Source: an uncultured SAR86 cluster bacterium
GTDB lineage: Bacteria > Pseudomonadota > Gammaproteobacteria > Magnimaribacterales > D2472
Assembly (NCBI GenBank): GCA_943789005.1
Contig: CALSSL010000001.1
Location: 192,511-256,510 of the forward strand
Length of the DNA: 64,000 nt
Reading direction: 5' to 3'
Of the stretch, positions 41,401 through 51,836 are shown in pieces. Below the pieces are notes generated by a model. It ran no database searches and had not been told where the DNA came from. It saw only the letters and a list, made by a program, of their open reading frames with translations. Position 1 is the stretch's first letter, and each line of letters begins with the position of its first letter. The position numbers and the translations under genes were made by a program.

Positions 41401-41831
41401 ATTGAAAGGGACATCAATAAAGCATCCTCTGAATTATCCGTATAGTAATTGTCTCTAATTGCATCTTTACTGAATCCAAATTTTTGATAGAAATTAATAG
41501 CTTGTAAATTACTTATCCTGACTTCAAGAAATATTTTTTTATAGTTCATTGCTGCACATTGATCCAGCATACTTTGAAGTAGCAACGCACCAACACCTTT
41601 AGACTGAATTTTCTTTGTTACCGATATGCTTAAGATATGAGCTTCAGGATTGATGGGAGAAAATATTATGAATCCAATGATTTTGCTATCATGCTTACAA
41701 ATTAATCCCTTATGCCCTACCTCAAATGAAGATAAAAAAGTTTCATATTTCCAAGGACTAGGATTGACCTCACACTCTATCTTATAAGCTTCTTTTAAAT
41801 CATCTATACCCATGAGAGAGACTTTATACAT
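41397..41831 (-). CDS. rimI: Ribosomal protein S18 alanine N-acetyltransferase
   Basis: PW...F, EAHILSISV, QSKGVG, FLEVRISN, RDNYY...EDALLM. Confidence 0.93.
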   Translation of the reverse strand: MYKVSLMGIDDLKEAYKIECEVNPSPWKYETFLSSFEVGHKGLICKHDSKIIGFIIFSPINPEAHILSISVTKKIQSKGVGALLLQSMLDQCAAMNYKKIFLEVRISNLQAINFYQKFGFSKDAIRDNYYTDNSEDALLMSLSI

Positions 41832-41837
41832 AAAATA

Positions 41838-42266
41838 CTAAAGAATACTGTCTTGCAGCTTTTTCCATAAAATCTTCTTAGATTCTTTATCAGAAATCAT
41901 TACTTCTAATGCGGGCGATTGAACAAATGAGATTGATGATTTGATGCTGGTTATATTGGAAGAAAAACTAATAATGCCCTTTATGTCTATGCAAGATGAT
42001 ATGAAATTATTGATATTATCAAGATTAAAATTGTTGTGAGATATTTGATTATTAGAAGGATTGACTGCATCTATAATTGCATCAAGAAGCTTTGCTTCAT
42101 CTATGCTTAAATCATTATATGATCGATCAAGTAATGTTAGAATATCTCCTTTTTGATAACTATAATTTTTTTTGGAGGGTGATTTTTCTTGATTTGAACG
42201 TAGTTCATATCTAGTAATACCCATTTCTTTAAGAATTAGGTTAGTTTTAATGCTTGGAGTTATCAT
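41838..42266 (-). CDS. Hypothetical protein, probable divergent DNA polymerase III psi subunit (HolD-like)
   Basis: N-terminal EMGITRYELR and C-terminal PALE...KKILWKKL resemble the HolD LGITQW.LR and P.L..L...R..LW motifs; directly upstream of rimI as holD is in E. coli. Confidence 0.55.
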   Translation of the reverse strand: MITPSIKTNLILKEMGITRYELRSNQEKSPSKKNYSYQKGDILTLLDRSYNDLSIDEAKLLDAIIDAVNPSNNQISHNNFNLDNINNFISSCIDIKGIISFSSNITSIKSSISFVQSPALEVMISDKESKKILWKKLQDSIL

Positions 42267-42299
42267 AGATAAGGAAATATTAACATTTACAAATTAAAA

Positions 42300-43952
42300 A
42301 TGGATAATCCAGTAAATAAATATAAAGCTTTTAAACCTATTGATCTAAAAGATAGGCAATGGCCATCGAAAGTCATAAGTCAAGCTCCTACATGGTGCTC
42401 TGTTGATCTTAGAGACGGAAATCAAGCATTAATAGAGCCAATGGGTTCAGAAAGAAAGGATAGAATGTTTTCTTTACTTTGTAAGCTAGGTTTTAAGGAG
42501 ATTGAAGTTGGATTTCCTTCTGCCTCGCAAACAGACTTCGACTTTGTGAGGTCTTTAATAGAAGATAAAAAAATTCCATCTGATGTAAATATTCAAGTTT
42601 TAACTCAATCCAGAAACAAGCTAATTGAAAGAACTTTTGAGTCCTTAAAAGGTATCCCAAAGGCCATTGTTCACTTTTATAACTCAACATCTACCCTTCA
42701 AAGAAAAGTTGTCTTTAATCAAGATAAAGATGGCATAAAAGAAATTGCAATTAATGGCGCTTTAAAAATTAAGGAATTAGCACTAGCAAATCCAGATACA
42801 GATTGGAGTTTTGAATATTCCCCTGAAAGTTTTACTGGCACTGAGTTAGATTATGCTGCAGAAGTATGTGATGCGGTTATTGATATTCTAAAAGAGGTTT
42901 CAAATCATAAAATAATAATCAATCTTCCTGCAACTGTAGAAATGTCTACACCAAATATTTATGGAGACCAGATTGAGTGGATGAATAAAAACCTCAAAAA
43001 CCGAAAAAATATTTCGCTAAGTCTTCATCCTCATAATGATAGAGGAACTGCAGTAGCAGCATCTGAGTTTGGGCTTATGGCTGGTGCGGATAGGGTTGAA
43101 GGGACTTTATTTGGTAACGGTGAGAGAACTGGAAATGTTGATATAGTTACTATTGCTTTAAATATGCTGACTCAAGGCATTGATCCTAAATTAGATTTCT
43201 CAAATATCAATTCAGTAATGAGAGAAGTTGAATATTGCAATCAACTTCCTGTTCACCCAAGACACCCATATGCGGGTGATCTTGTCTTCACTGCTTTTTC
43301 AGGATCGCATCAAGATGCAATCAAAAAAGGTTTTCATGCTATGAAGCAAAGCAATAATCCAGAATGGGCTGTACCATATCTACCAATCGATCCAGCCGAC
43401 TTAGGTAGGAGCTATGAAGCAGTTGTTAGGATAAACTCACAATCAGGTAAAGGCGGTGTCGCATTTCTTCTAGAAAAGAATCATGGTGTTTCTCTTCCAA
43501 GAAGACTGCAAATTAGCATGAGTCAAAAGATTCAAGAACTTGCTGATGAAACAGGAAAAGAAATAAGCAGCTCTGAAATATGGGGGATATTTAAAGAAAA
43601 CTTTTTAAAACCAAAAAATAATTTTTTATATCAGAGTCATACCTCATCAACCAAAGATGATGTTAATGAATTGGAAGTTAAAATGATTATGAATGCAAAA
43701 GAGGTAACCGTTTCAGGTAAAGGAAATGGTCCCATTGATTCATTTGTAAATGGTCTTTCAAAAGAATTTGGGATTAATATTAAAATTTCTGACTATCACC
43801 AATCTGCAATTTCTTCTGGATCTGATGCGCAAGCAGCAGCTTACATAGAGCTAGAAAAAGATGGTCAAACAAAATGGGGTGTTGGAATCAACCCAAATAC
43901 AACGAGAGCTTCATTCGAAGCAATTATTGTTGGACTAAGTAAAATCTTATAA
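42300..43952 (+). CDS. leuA: 2-isopropylmalate synthase (Pseudomonas/fungal type)
   Basis: VDLRDGNQAL, EYSPESF, LHPHNDRGT, GNGERTGN, RINSQSGKGG, regulatory domain GNGPIDSF. Confidence 0.96.
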   Translation: MDNPVNKYKAFKPIDLKDRQWPSKVISQAPTWCSVDLRDGNQALIEPMGSERKDRMFSLLCKLGFKEIEVGFPSASQTDFDFVRSLIEDKKIPSDVNIQVLTQSRNKLIERTFESLKGIPKAIVHFYNSTSTLQRKVVFNQDKDGIKEIAINGALKIKELALANPDTDWSFEYSPESFTGTELDYAAEVCDAVIDILKEVSNHKIIINLPATVEMSTPNIYGDQIEWMNKNLKNRKNISLSLHPHNDRGTAVAASEFGLMAGADRVEGTLFGNGERTGNVDIVTIALNMLTQGIDPKLDFSNINSVMREVEYCNQLPVHPRHPYAGDLVFTAFSGSHQDAIKKGFHAMKQSNNPEWAVPYLPIDPADLGRSYEAVVRINSQSGKGGVAFLLEKNHGVSLPRRLQISMSQKIQELADETGKEISSSEIWGIFKENFLKPKNNFLYQSHTSSTKDDVNELEVKMIMNAKEVTVSGKGNGPIDSFVNGLSKEFGINIKISDYHQSAISSGSDAQAAAYIELEKDGQTKWGVGINPNTTRASFEAIIVGLSKIL

Positions 43953-43955
43953 AGA

Positions 43956-44729
43956 CTAATCGAAGTTAGGTTCACGTTTTTCAAAAAAAGCTAAAACAGC
44001 CTCATGATTTTGAGGGCTTCTTGTTAAGCTATTTTGTATTTCAGCCTCGCTGTTGTATGTGTCCCAATATGAAGCAGACAAAGATTCACGCATTAATTTT
44101 TTTGTATTTCCTAGAGATTGAGGAGACCTTTTAGCAAGTCCTAAAGCCCAATTCATAGAATCTTCTTTAAGCTTATCAGAAGATGTAATTTTATTAGCTA
44201 TACCAAAATGTAAGCACTCTTTTGCATCAATTTTTTTTGCTTCGATTGCATATTCATATGCTTTTCCATAACCAAGATATTTTGGTAAAAGCCATGATAG
44301 GCCACCATCTGGAACTAAGGCAATATTACTAAAAACAGAGAGAATATATGCATCTTCAGACATTATTCTTAAATCACATGACATGGCAAATGCTGCTCCA
44401 ATACCTGCAGCAGGACCTTGGATTGAAGCAATAACGGGCTTAGGCATTGAAATTATATTCTCAAACGAGGGCTTGAAACCTCTTAATAAAGCATCCTTTG
44501 AACCATCCCAATCTGAATCTGCTTCGGTTAAATCTGCACCAGATGAAAAAGCTCTTCCTGAGCCATAAATTATTACAACCCTTATATCATCATCATTTTT
44601 AACAAGTTGAGTAGCTTCTTGTAAATCCATTATCAACTGCGTATTGAATGCATTCAACACATCAGGTCTATTAATTTCTATTGTTGCAACTTTATTTTTT
44701 TTGCTTACTTTTACTGTTTTATATTCCAT
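43956..44729 (-). CDS. Enoyl-CoA hydratase/isomerase (crotonase) family protein
   Basis: INRPDVLNA, FSSGADL, KPVIASIQGPAAGIG, DLRI, LVPDGG. Confidence 0.92.
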   Translation of the reverse strand: MEYKTVKVSKKNKVATIEINRPDVLNAFNTQLIMDLQEATQLVKNDDDIRVVIIYGSGRAFSSGADLTEADSDWDGSKDALLRGFKPSFENIISMPKPVIASIQGPAAGIGAAFAMSCDLRIMSEDAYILSVFSNIALVPDGGLSWLLPKYLGYGKAYEYAIEAKKIDAKECLHFGIANKITSSDKLKEDSMNWALGLAKRSPQSLGNTKKLMRESLSASYWDTYNSEAEIQNSLTRSPQNHEAVLAFFEKREPNFD

Positions 44730-44767
44730 AGCTTATACTCCAAAAAAATTATATACCCTTAGTGATG

Positions 44768-45715
44768 TTATTTCTTAGTTATAACAACACACTTATCCTT
44801 ATAAAATATTTTTCCTCCTGATTGCTCTTTATCAGCTCTTGTCCATGACACCTCTGACTTAGGCCCAGGGCTTGATTCAATAAAAGTCTTTATAATCTGC
44901 TCGATTACCTTCTTACTTGGCATAGCTATATTCTGTTTTTTAATAGAGAATCTAATAACGTCTACAAGGGATGGCTTTTGAATTTTTTTAAGTGCACTGA
45001 CTGGAATCTTATGGCTAATTAAATGGTCGTATTTTTCTTCGAAAAGCATTTCATATGAATCATTTCTAATCTTAATAAAATTTGATGTGTTAGAAATCCT
45101 TGATGATGCGTGAGTCCACCTTTTTTCAATAGAGGGAATGACAGTATTTCTAACATAGTTTCTATCATGATCTTGTGAAGAGTTTGATTCATCTTTAACA
45201 AAACTTATTTTTTTTTCTTTGAGAAAAAATAAAATACTCTCTTTGGATACATTAATTAAAGGTCTTATTAAATAACCCTCTCCAACTTTTCTCTTTACTC
45301 TAAGGCTTTCTAGTCCATCTAGGCCAGTGCCTCTAAATAGCCTTAATAAAAAAGTTTCAGCAACATCATCAGAATGGTGACCAAGCAAAATCTGATCACC
45401 CTTTTTCAAGTACTTAGTAAAAATTTTATATCTAGCTTTTCTAGCAGCTGATTCAAGACCGTCGCCATCAACTTTTAACTTTACTGACTCTAAATGGCAT
45501 TTAATTCCTAATTTATCTGTAGTTTTTCTACAATGCTCTTCCCATTCCAAAGAGTTATCTGAAATATTATGATTGATATGGATTGCTTCAATATTAGCAA
45601 TATTATTTAAATGAAGTAAATGCAATAAAGCCGAAGAATCAGGGCCTCCGCTATAACCAACATAGATTTTTTTACTTAGATCTAAGTGATAAGTTAAATC
45701 GTCAAAATTAATCAA
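44768..45715 (-). CDS. tilS: tRNA(Ile)-lysidine synthetase, short form
   Basis: YSGGPDS PP-loop, ESAARKARY, GHHSDDVAET, RNYVRN; follows accA. Confidence 0.94.
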   Translation of the reverse strand: MINFDDLTYHLDLSKKIYVGYSGGPDSSALLHLLHLNNIANIEAIHINHNISDNSLEWEEHCRKTTDKLGIKCHLESVKLKVDGDGLESAARKARYKIFTKYLKKGDQILLGHHSDDVAETFLLRLFRGTGLDGLESLRVKRKVGEGYLIRPLINVSKESILFFLKEKKISFVKDESNSSQDHDRNYVRNTVIPSIEKRWTHASSRISNTSNFIKIRNDSYEMLFEEKYDHLISHKIPVSALKKIQKPSLVDVIRFSIKKQNIAMPSKKVIEQIIKTFIESSPGPKSEVSWTRADKEQSGGKIFYKDKCVVITKK

Positions 45716-45718
45716 AAC

Positions 45719-46720
45719 TTAAATGCCAATTTTTATCAATCTTTTATATCTTCTATCTAATAACTCTTCTATAGACATTCTGCTAAGAGTAGATAAGTTT
45801 TTTATTAATGAATCTTTAACACTATTCGAAATCTCCTGATAATCACGATGCGCACCTCCAAGAGGCTCTATAATAATTTCATCAATAATTTTCAATTTTT
45901 TAAGCTCGTTGGATGAAACTTTCATGGCCTCTGCAGCATCAGGTGCTTTGTCTGCAGTTCTCCATATAATAGACGCGCATGCCTCTGGGGACGCAACAGA
46001 ATATGTTGCGTACTGTAGCATTGATATATGATCTCCTACACTTATTGCTAATGCTCCACCAGAACCACCTTCACCTGTAACAACAATAATAATTGGTGTT
46101 CTTAATTCTGACATTACAGCTAGGTTTCTAGCTATTGCTTCACTTTGACCCCTTTCCTCACCCTCAACTCCAGGATATGCTCCAGCAGTATCAATAAAAG
46201 TTATTACGGGTAATGAAAATTGTTCTGCAAATTGCATTAACCTCTTAGCTTTTCTGTAACCTTCTGGTTGAGGCATTCCAAAATTCCGTCTTACCTTTTC
46301 TTCAGTATCTCTTCCTTTTTCATGCCCAATAATCATGACAGGAGTAGTTTCAAGATAAGCAATACCCCCTACAATTGCAGCATCATCTGCAAATTGTCTA
46401 TCACCATGCATTTCATCAAATTCATCAAATATATTATTAATAAAATCGAGAGTGTGTGGCCTCTGGGGATGTCTGGCTACCTGAACAGTTTGCCATGTTG
46501 AAAGTTTTGAATATATCTTTTTAGTTTCAGCATCTCTTTGTTTTCTAAGAGCAAGAATTTGATCACTTACTTCTGGTGACTCAATAGCCGAATTTTTTAA
46601 AGCATTGATCTTTTCAGATATGTCCTGAATTGTGTTTTCAAAATCTAAAAATTTATGATCTTCAGAGATATCTGGTAAATGATTATAGTTTTTTTCTGAT
46701 GTTGTTTTTTTGTCTATCAT
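45719..46720 (-). CDS. accA: Acetyl-CoA carboxylase carboxyltransferase alpha subunit
   Basis: [39 protein letters not shown]. Confidence 0.97.
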   Translation of the reverse strand: MIDKKTTSEKNYNHLPDISEDHKFLDFENTIQDISEKINALKNSAIESPEVSDQILALRKQRDAETKKIYSKLSTWQTVQVARHPQRPHTLDFINNIFDEFDEMHGDRQFADDAAIVGGIAYLETTPVMIIGHEKGRDTEEKVRRNFGMPQPEGYRKAKRLMQFAEQFSLPVITFIDTAGAYPGVEGEERGQSEAIARNLAVMSELRTPIIIVVTGEGGSGGALAISVGDHISMLQYATYSVASPEACASIIWRTADKAPDAAEAMKVSSNELKKLKIIDEIIIEPLGGAHRDYQEISNSVKDSLIKNLSTLSRMSIEELLDRRYKRLIKIGI

Positions 46721-46730
46721 AATTCTTTAA

Positions 46731-49700
46731 TCATGCTATTTCTATAGCGTTTTTTCCAAAAATGTCATCCAAGAAATTCAGGTTATCTATCGTGGGCTCA
46801 AATTTAAACCTTTCACCTATGTCTATTATAGCCTCTGAACCATTTGTTATAACTTTTACATGTAAATTACAGCCTGACTTTGTCCAAAACTCTCTCTTAA
46901 CTTTTTCAAGTTTTTTTGAAAATTCATCAAGAGAAACTAATTCTGATTCTTTAAGATTAATAACAACATCATTAACTTTTTTTGAAAGCTCTGAATCTAG
47001 TGAATGCACTTCTTTTACTCTCATTCTAAACATTGCACCTCCAAGTTCTTTAGATCTATAGTCATCTATCTCTACCAAACCTTTTACTACAAGTATTTGC
47101 CCTTCTTTCAAAATATTATGACAACTTTCAAGAACTTCACTTGGAACCACCCCATCCATAACGCCTGAACCGTCATCAAAATTTATAAAAGTTAGCGGCT
47201 TTCCTTTTTTGTCTTTAATTTGCCTGACACTGTTAATTAAGCATACTAGAGATGCTTTTTTTGTATCATGATTCAAGTTTGAAATTTTCTGTGATCTAAG
47301 CTTATTAATCTTTTTTTCAATTGCATCAACAGGATGACCAGATAAATAATAGCCTAAAGATTTTTTTTCATGCGACAGTAATTCACTTAATCCCATATCA
47401 GAAGTATTTTTATATTTTTCATAAGGATCAAAACTTTCACTAAGGGATGAAAACAAGTCACCTGATACGGTTATATGTTTAGAAGAGTAGCTTGACCCAT
47501 CTTTTAACATATCCTCAATACAAGAAATAGCAATGCTTCTTGTTGGCGCTATGCTGTCAAATGCTCCAGATTGTGAGAGTGCCTCTAATGACTTTTTTCC
47601 ACCGAGCTTGATATCAACTTTTTTTGAAAAGTCCCATAAATCATTAAATGTATTTGTTTTTCTAATTTGACACACGTGCTCTATAAAAGCATCTGCAACA
47701 CCTTTTATAGCTCCAAGTCCGTATTCTATACAAGAATTTTCGTTAACTACAAACATTTTATTACTCGTCATTATATTTGGTTTTAAAACCTTAATTCCCA
47801 TTCGCTTGCACTCTTGAATTAAAGCATGAATCTTATCGGTATTACCCAACTCTGTTGAAAGCACTGCTGCCATAAAGTGCTCAGGATAATAAGTTTTTAA
47901 AAATGCTGTTTGATAGGAAATTACTGCATATGCAGCTGAATGAGATTTATTAAATCCGTATTCAGCAAACTGTTCTATAAGTTCAAATATCTTATTTGCT
48001 TTATTCTCGGGAATTGAATTCTTTTCACAGCCTTTAACAAATATTTCTCTTTGCTCCTCCATTTCTTCAATTTTTTTCTTTCCCATCACTCGTCTGAGAA
48101 TATCCGCTTCACCCATTGAATAACCTGCAAGAACTCTGGCAGACTCCATAACTTGTTCTTGATAAACAATAACCCCGTAAGTCTCAGATAGAACTGGTTC
48201 AAGCAGCTCATGAGGATATGTTACAGGACTTTTACCATGCTTTCTGTCTACAAAAGTTGTATGCATTCCTGAATTTAAAGGACCTGGTCTATACAAAGCC
48301 AATAAAGCAGTAATTTCTTCAAATTTTGTGGGCTTTAATTTTTTAATCAAGTCCCTCATTCCTGTTGATTCTAATTGAAAAACTGCCATAGTTTTTCCTG
48401 AAGAAAGCAGATCAAATACTTTTTGATCATTCATGGGTATATTGTCTAAATTTATTTTATTCTGATCTTTTAATGATGAGTTTATAGATTTTAATGCCCG
48501 ATCAATCACAGTAAGTGTTCTTAAGCCAAGGAAATCAAATTTTACTAAACCTATTTTCTCAACATCATCTTTATCATACTGAGTCATTACTGAGGAAGAT
48601 TGCCTATCATTATAAATAGGACAAAAATCTGAAAGACTTCCTGGAGCTATAACAACACCCCCGGCATGTTTTCCAACATTTCTAGTAATACCCTCAAGCT
48701 TGTATGCTAAATCAACAACTTCTTTAACTTCGGGATCATTTTTAGCAGCTTGTGCAAATACTGGCTGCTCATCTTTTGCTCTATCTAGTGTCATTCCTGG
48801 TGCAAATGGAATCATCTTAGAAATTCTATCACCAAGAGCATAAGGTTTACCCATTGCTCTTGCAACATCTCTGACAACTGCTCTTGCAGCCATTGTACCA
48901 AAAGTTGCTATTTGAGAAACAGCATTAGCTCCATACTTTTTACTTACATAATCTATTACTCTGTCTCTTTTTTCCATACAAAAATCAATATCAAAATCTG
49001 GCATTGATATTCTTTCTGGATTTAGAAAGCGCTCAAATAATAGACCATGATCAATAGGATCAAGGGTTGTTATTCCAAGTGAATATGCAACTAATGAGCC
49101 TGCTCCCGAACCTCTTCCAGGTCCTACAGGAACATCATTATCTTTTGACCATTGAATAAAATCATAAACAATTAAAAAGTAACTTGAAAAACCCATTTTT
49201 TTTATCTGATTTAATTCATACTCAAGTCTTTGTATGTAGATGTTTTTTTTTGTTTCTTCAAAATCAGTCATTAGCTTTGAAAGTCTTTTTTTAGCAAGAT
49301 CTACCAAAAAAGAATCAAAGTCATGCTCTTCTGGGACTGGGTACTCTGGTAGAAAGTAACCCTTAGTATGAAGAGAAACATTGCATTTTTTTGCTACTTC
49401 GTTTGTGTTATCAACAAGCTCATCAAAACCTTTAAATAATTTTTGCATTTCATCCGAGCTTTTAAAGTATTGTTCATCTGAGAAAGGCTTTTCTCTATTT
49501 GGATCGTTGAGAGTTTTTCCAGTATTAATGCATACCTTTGTTTCATGAATTTCATAATCATCCTTTGAAGAAAACAAAACATCATTTGTGGCAATTAAAG
49601 GAATGCCTTTTTTATTTGATAAGGGAAGAATATTTGAAAAAAAATCAATTTCATCGGGTCTGCTTGTCTTTTGTACTTCAATAAAAAAATCACTTTTAAA

Positions 49701-50174
49701 GACTGTTAAAAAATCATCAATTTTTTTTTCAACTTCATTAAGTTTATTTTGTTTTGATAGTTCAAAAATATGACTATCTTTTCCCCCTGAAACAATAACT
49801 ATATTGTCCTTAAAGCTCTTTAAGTCATTGAAATTAATTATTGGAGTTTGATAGGTGTAATTATTGTGGGCAAAAGAAATTGCTTGCATTAAATTTCTGT
49901 GTCCATCATTATTTTTTGCCAAACATAACAATTCATGAGAAGAATCATCTCCGTCAAATATAACTCTTATTGATGCACCTGATATTGGTTTTATGCCAGC
50001 TGCCTCACATTTATTAAAAAACTTTACCATTGCAAACATATTTGATTTATCAGTTAGAGCTACAGATGGAATGGTATTTTTTTTAGCGCAATCTACAATT
50101 TGATCAATGGTTAGAAGTCCTTGGGATATGCTATATTCTGAAGAGACTCTTAGATGTGAAAAAATATTATTCAT
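46731..50174 (-). CDS. dnaE: DNA polymerase III alpha subunit
   Basis: PHP domain, GPGRGSGAGS, ERFLNPERISMPDFDIDF, KFDFLGL, FNKSH, OB fold. Confidence 0.98.
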   Translation of the reverse strand: MNNIFSHLRVSSEYSISQGLLTIDQIVDCAKKNTIPSVALTDKSNMFAMVKFFNKCEAAGIKPISGASIRVIFDGDDSSHELLCLAKNNDGHRNLMQAISFAHNNYTYQTPIINFNDLKSFKDNIVIVSGGKDSHIFELSKQNKLNEVEKKIDDFLTVFKSDFFIEVQKTSRPDEIDFFSNILPLSNKKGIPLIATNDVLFSSKDDYEIHETKVCINTGKTLNDPNREKPFSDEQYFKSSDEMQKLFKGFDELVDNTNEVAKKCNVSLHTKGYFLPEYPVPEEHDFDSFLVDLAKKRLSKLMTDFEETKKNIYIQRLEYELNQIKKMGFSSYFLIVYDFIQWSKDNDVPVGPGRGSGAGSLVAYSLGITTLDPIDHGLLFERFLNPERISMPDFDIDFCMEKRDRVIDYVSKKYGANAVSQIATFGTMAARAVVRDVARAMGKPYALGDRISKMIPFAPGMTLDRAKDEQPVFAQAAKNDPEVKEVVDLAYKLEGITRNVGKHAGGVVIAPGSLSDFCPIYNDRQSSSVMTQYDKDDVEKIGLVKFDFLGLRTLTVIDRALKSINSSLKDQNKINLDNIPMNDQKVFDLLSSGKTMAVFQLESTGMRDLIKKLKPTKFEEITALLALYRPGPLNSGMHTTFVDRKHGKSPVTYPHELLEPVLSETYGVIVYQEQVMESARVLAGYSMGEADILRRVMGKKKIEEMEEQREIFVKGCEKNSIPENKANKIFELIEQFAEYGFNKSHSAAYAVISYQTAFLKTYYPEHFMAAVLSTELGNTDKIHALIQECKRMGIKVLKPNIMTSNKMFVVNENSCIEYGLGAIKGVADAFIEHVCQIRKTNTFNDLWDFSKKVDIKLGGKKSLEALSQSGAFDSIAPTRSIAISCIEDMLKDGSSYSSKHITVSGDLFSSLSESFDPYEKYKNTSDMGLSELLSHEKKSLGYYLSGHPVDAIEKKINKLRSQKISNLNHDTKKASLVCLINSVRQIKDKKGKPLTFINFDDGSGVMDGVVPSEVLESCHNILKEGQILVVKGLVEIDDYRSKELGGAMFRMRVKEVHSLDSELSKKVNDVVINLKESELVSLDEFSKKLEKVKREFWTKSGCNLHVKVITNGSEAIIDIGERFKFEPTIDNLNFLDDIFGKNAIEIA

Positions 50175-50178
50175 ACTT

Positions 50179-50724
50179 CTAATTAAGGACTCCTTTAAAA
50201 GTTACTCTATGAATAGGTGTAGATCCATAATTCAAAATTGCTTGTTTATGTTCTTTTGTTCCGTAACCTTTATGTTTTGAAAATCCATATTCTGGGTATT
50301 TTTTATCGATTTCTATCATCAAATTATCTCTATACACTTTTGCAATTATAGAGGCGGCACTAATCTCATCAACTAAAGAATCTCCACCAATAATAGTCTG
50401 GGTATCTAAGTCTAAATCAGGTTTATGAACACCATCAATTAGAACTTTTTCTGGCTTCACAGAAAGGTTAAGTATAGCTCTTTTCATTGCTAATAAAGAA
50501 GCTTGAAGAATATTAATTTCATCTATTTCTTGAACTGATGCTGTTCCAAATGAAAAGTAAGAATTTTGCATTATTAATGTTGATAATTTATTTCTTTGCA
50601 ATGTAGTTAATTTTTTTGAGTCCCTTAAGCCAGGGACATGATTTATAAGGATAACCACCGATGCAATGACTGGGCCTGCTATGCAACCTCTACCAACTTC
50701 GTCTACTCCGGCAATAAGTTTCAA
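50179..50724 (-). CDS. rnhB: Ribonuclease HII
   Basis: GVDEVGRG, LRDSKKL, IDG, ASIIAKVYRD, HKGYGT. Confidence 0.96.
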   Translation of the reverse strand: MKLIAGVDEVGRGCIAGPVIASVVILINHVPGLRDSKKLTTLQRNKLSTLIMQNSYFSFGTASVQEIDEINILQASLLAMKRAILNLSVKPEKVLIDGVHKPDLDLDTQTIIGGDSLVDEISAASIIAKVYRDNLMIEIDKKYPEYGFSKHKGYGTKEHKQAILNYGSTPIHRVTFKGVLN

Positions 50725-51836
50725 AGCGAAAGAATTTTTTGTGCTGACTCTTCTGGACTCAGTCCAATTAATAAATTTCTAAGTGTGATTGAAATGTTTT
50801 CTGCGTCATTATTATTTTTTATTGATTCTGCTGCATCTAGTATAGATTTTGCATTGCATGATCGTTGAATGAGTTCAGGGAACTTTCTTTTACCTAGTAA
50901 AAGATTTGGGAGTCCAACATCATCAATCTTTAGCATTCTTGAGATAATAAAATAGTTTATTGGGTTGGTCTTATAACAGATAATAGGACTTGTTCCTAGT
51001 ACAGCAGACTCTAGGGTAGCTGTACCGGAAGTGACCACTGAAAAATCAGAAATTGATAAAAAATCTTTGGTGCAATTTATACCAACCACTACTGGAAGAT
51101 CTGGGGGTATATCTTTTTTTATCATATCTAAGGATTGATTGTCAGATGCAGGAATTAAGTATTCATAATGACTATACTTACTAGAATGCAATATTATAAA
51201 TTCGATATAAGTTGGTAATAAATTTTTAATTTCTGATTTACGACTTCCTGGAAGAATTGATACGAATTTTTTTGATGGATCTAAATTAAAATTCTTGAAA
51301 ACGATTTCTTTATTTTCAGGAAATAGTTTGCTAAAAGGATGCCCTACATGAATACTGGGTAAGTTTTTTTTCTTATAAAAATTATCTTCGAATTTAAACA
51401 AACATGCTGTCAAGTCTATATATTTTTCTATATCTTTTATTCTATTTTCTCTCCAAACCCAAACTGAAGGGCTTACAATCTGAATATTTTTACAAGTATT
51501 TTTGAGTTTAAGCGCCTTATGAATGCGCATATTAAAGTCTGGAGAGTCAACGCCTATAAAATAATCAATCTCTTTTTCAATAAATAAGTTAATTAGTAGT
51601 TTTCTAAATTTAATTAGCTCTCTCAGATTTAAAAGTGGTTCTATAAGACCCATAACATGTAGTTTCTTAAAATCAAATAAAGGTTTTAAGCCTTTTTTGA
51701 TTAATTGTGGGCCGCCTACCCCATAAAGTTCAATGGTGTGAGTATTTGCTAGGCTTTTAATAATTTTTGTTCCAAGCCTATCACCTGAATGCTCTCCGGC
51801 AACTATTCCAACTTTTAAGATTGGTTTTGAATTCAC
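50721..51836 (-). CDS. lpxB: Lipid-A-disaccharide synthase
   Basis: AGEHSGD, VDSPDFN, SPSVW.WR, LPGSRKSE, SGTATLE. Confidence 0.96.
   Translation of the reverse strand: MNSKPILKVGIVAGEHSGDRLGTKIIKSLANTHTIELYGVGGPQLIKKGLKPLFDFKKLHVMGLIEPLLNLRELIKFRKLLINLFIEKEIDYFIGVDSPDFNMRIHKALKLKNTCKNIQIVSPSVWVWRENRIKDIEKYIDLTACLFKFEDNFYKKKNLPSIHVGHPFSKLFPENKEIVFKNFNLDPSKKFVSILPGSRKSEIKNLLPTYIEFIILHSSKYSHYEYLIPASDNQSLDMIKKDIPPDLPVVVGINCTKDFLSISDFSVVTSGTATLESAVLGTSPIICYKTNPINYFIISRMLKIDDVGLPNLLLGKRKFPELIQRSCNAKSILDAAESIKNNNDAENISITLRNLLIGLSPEESAQKILSL

Noticed and set aside
42267-42299. Leucine attenuator upstream of leuA
   Set aside because: Only 33 bp of intergenic DNA, with no Leu-rich leader peptide or terminator.
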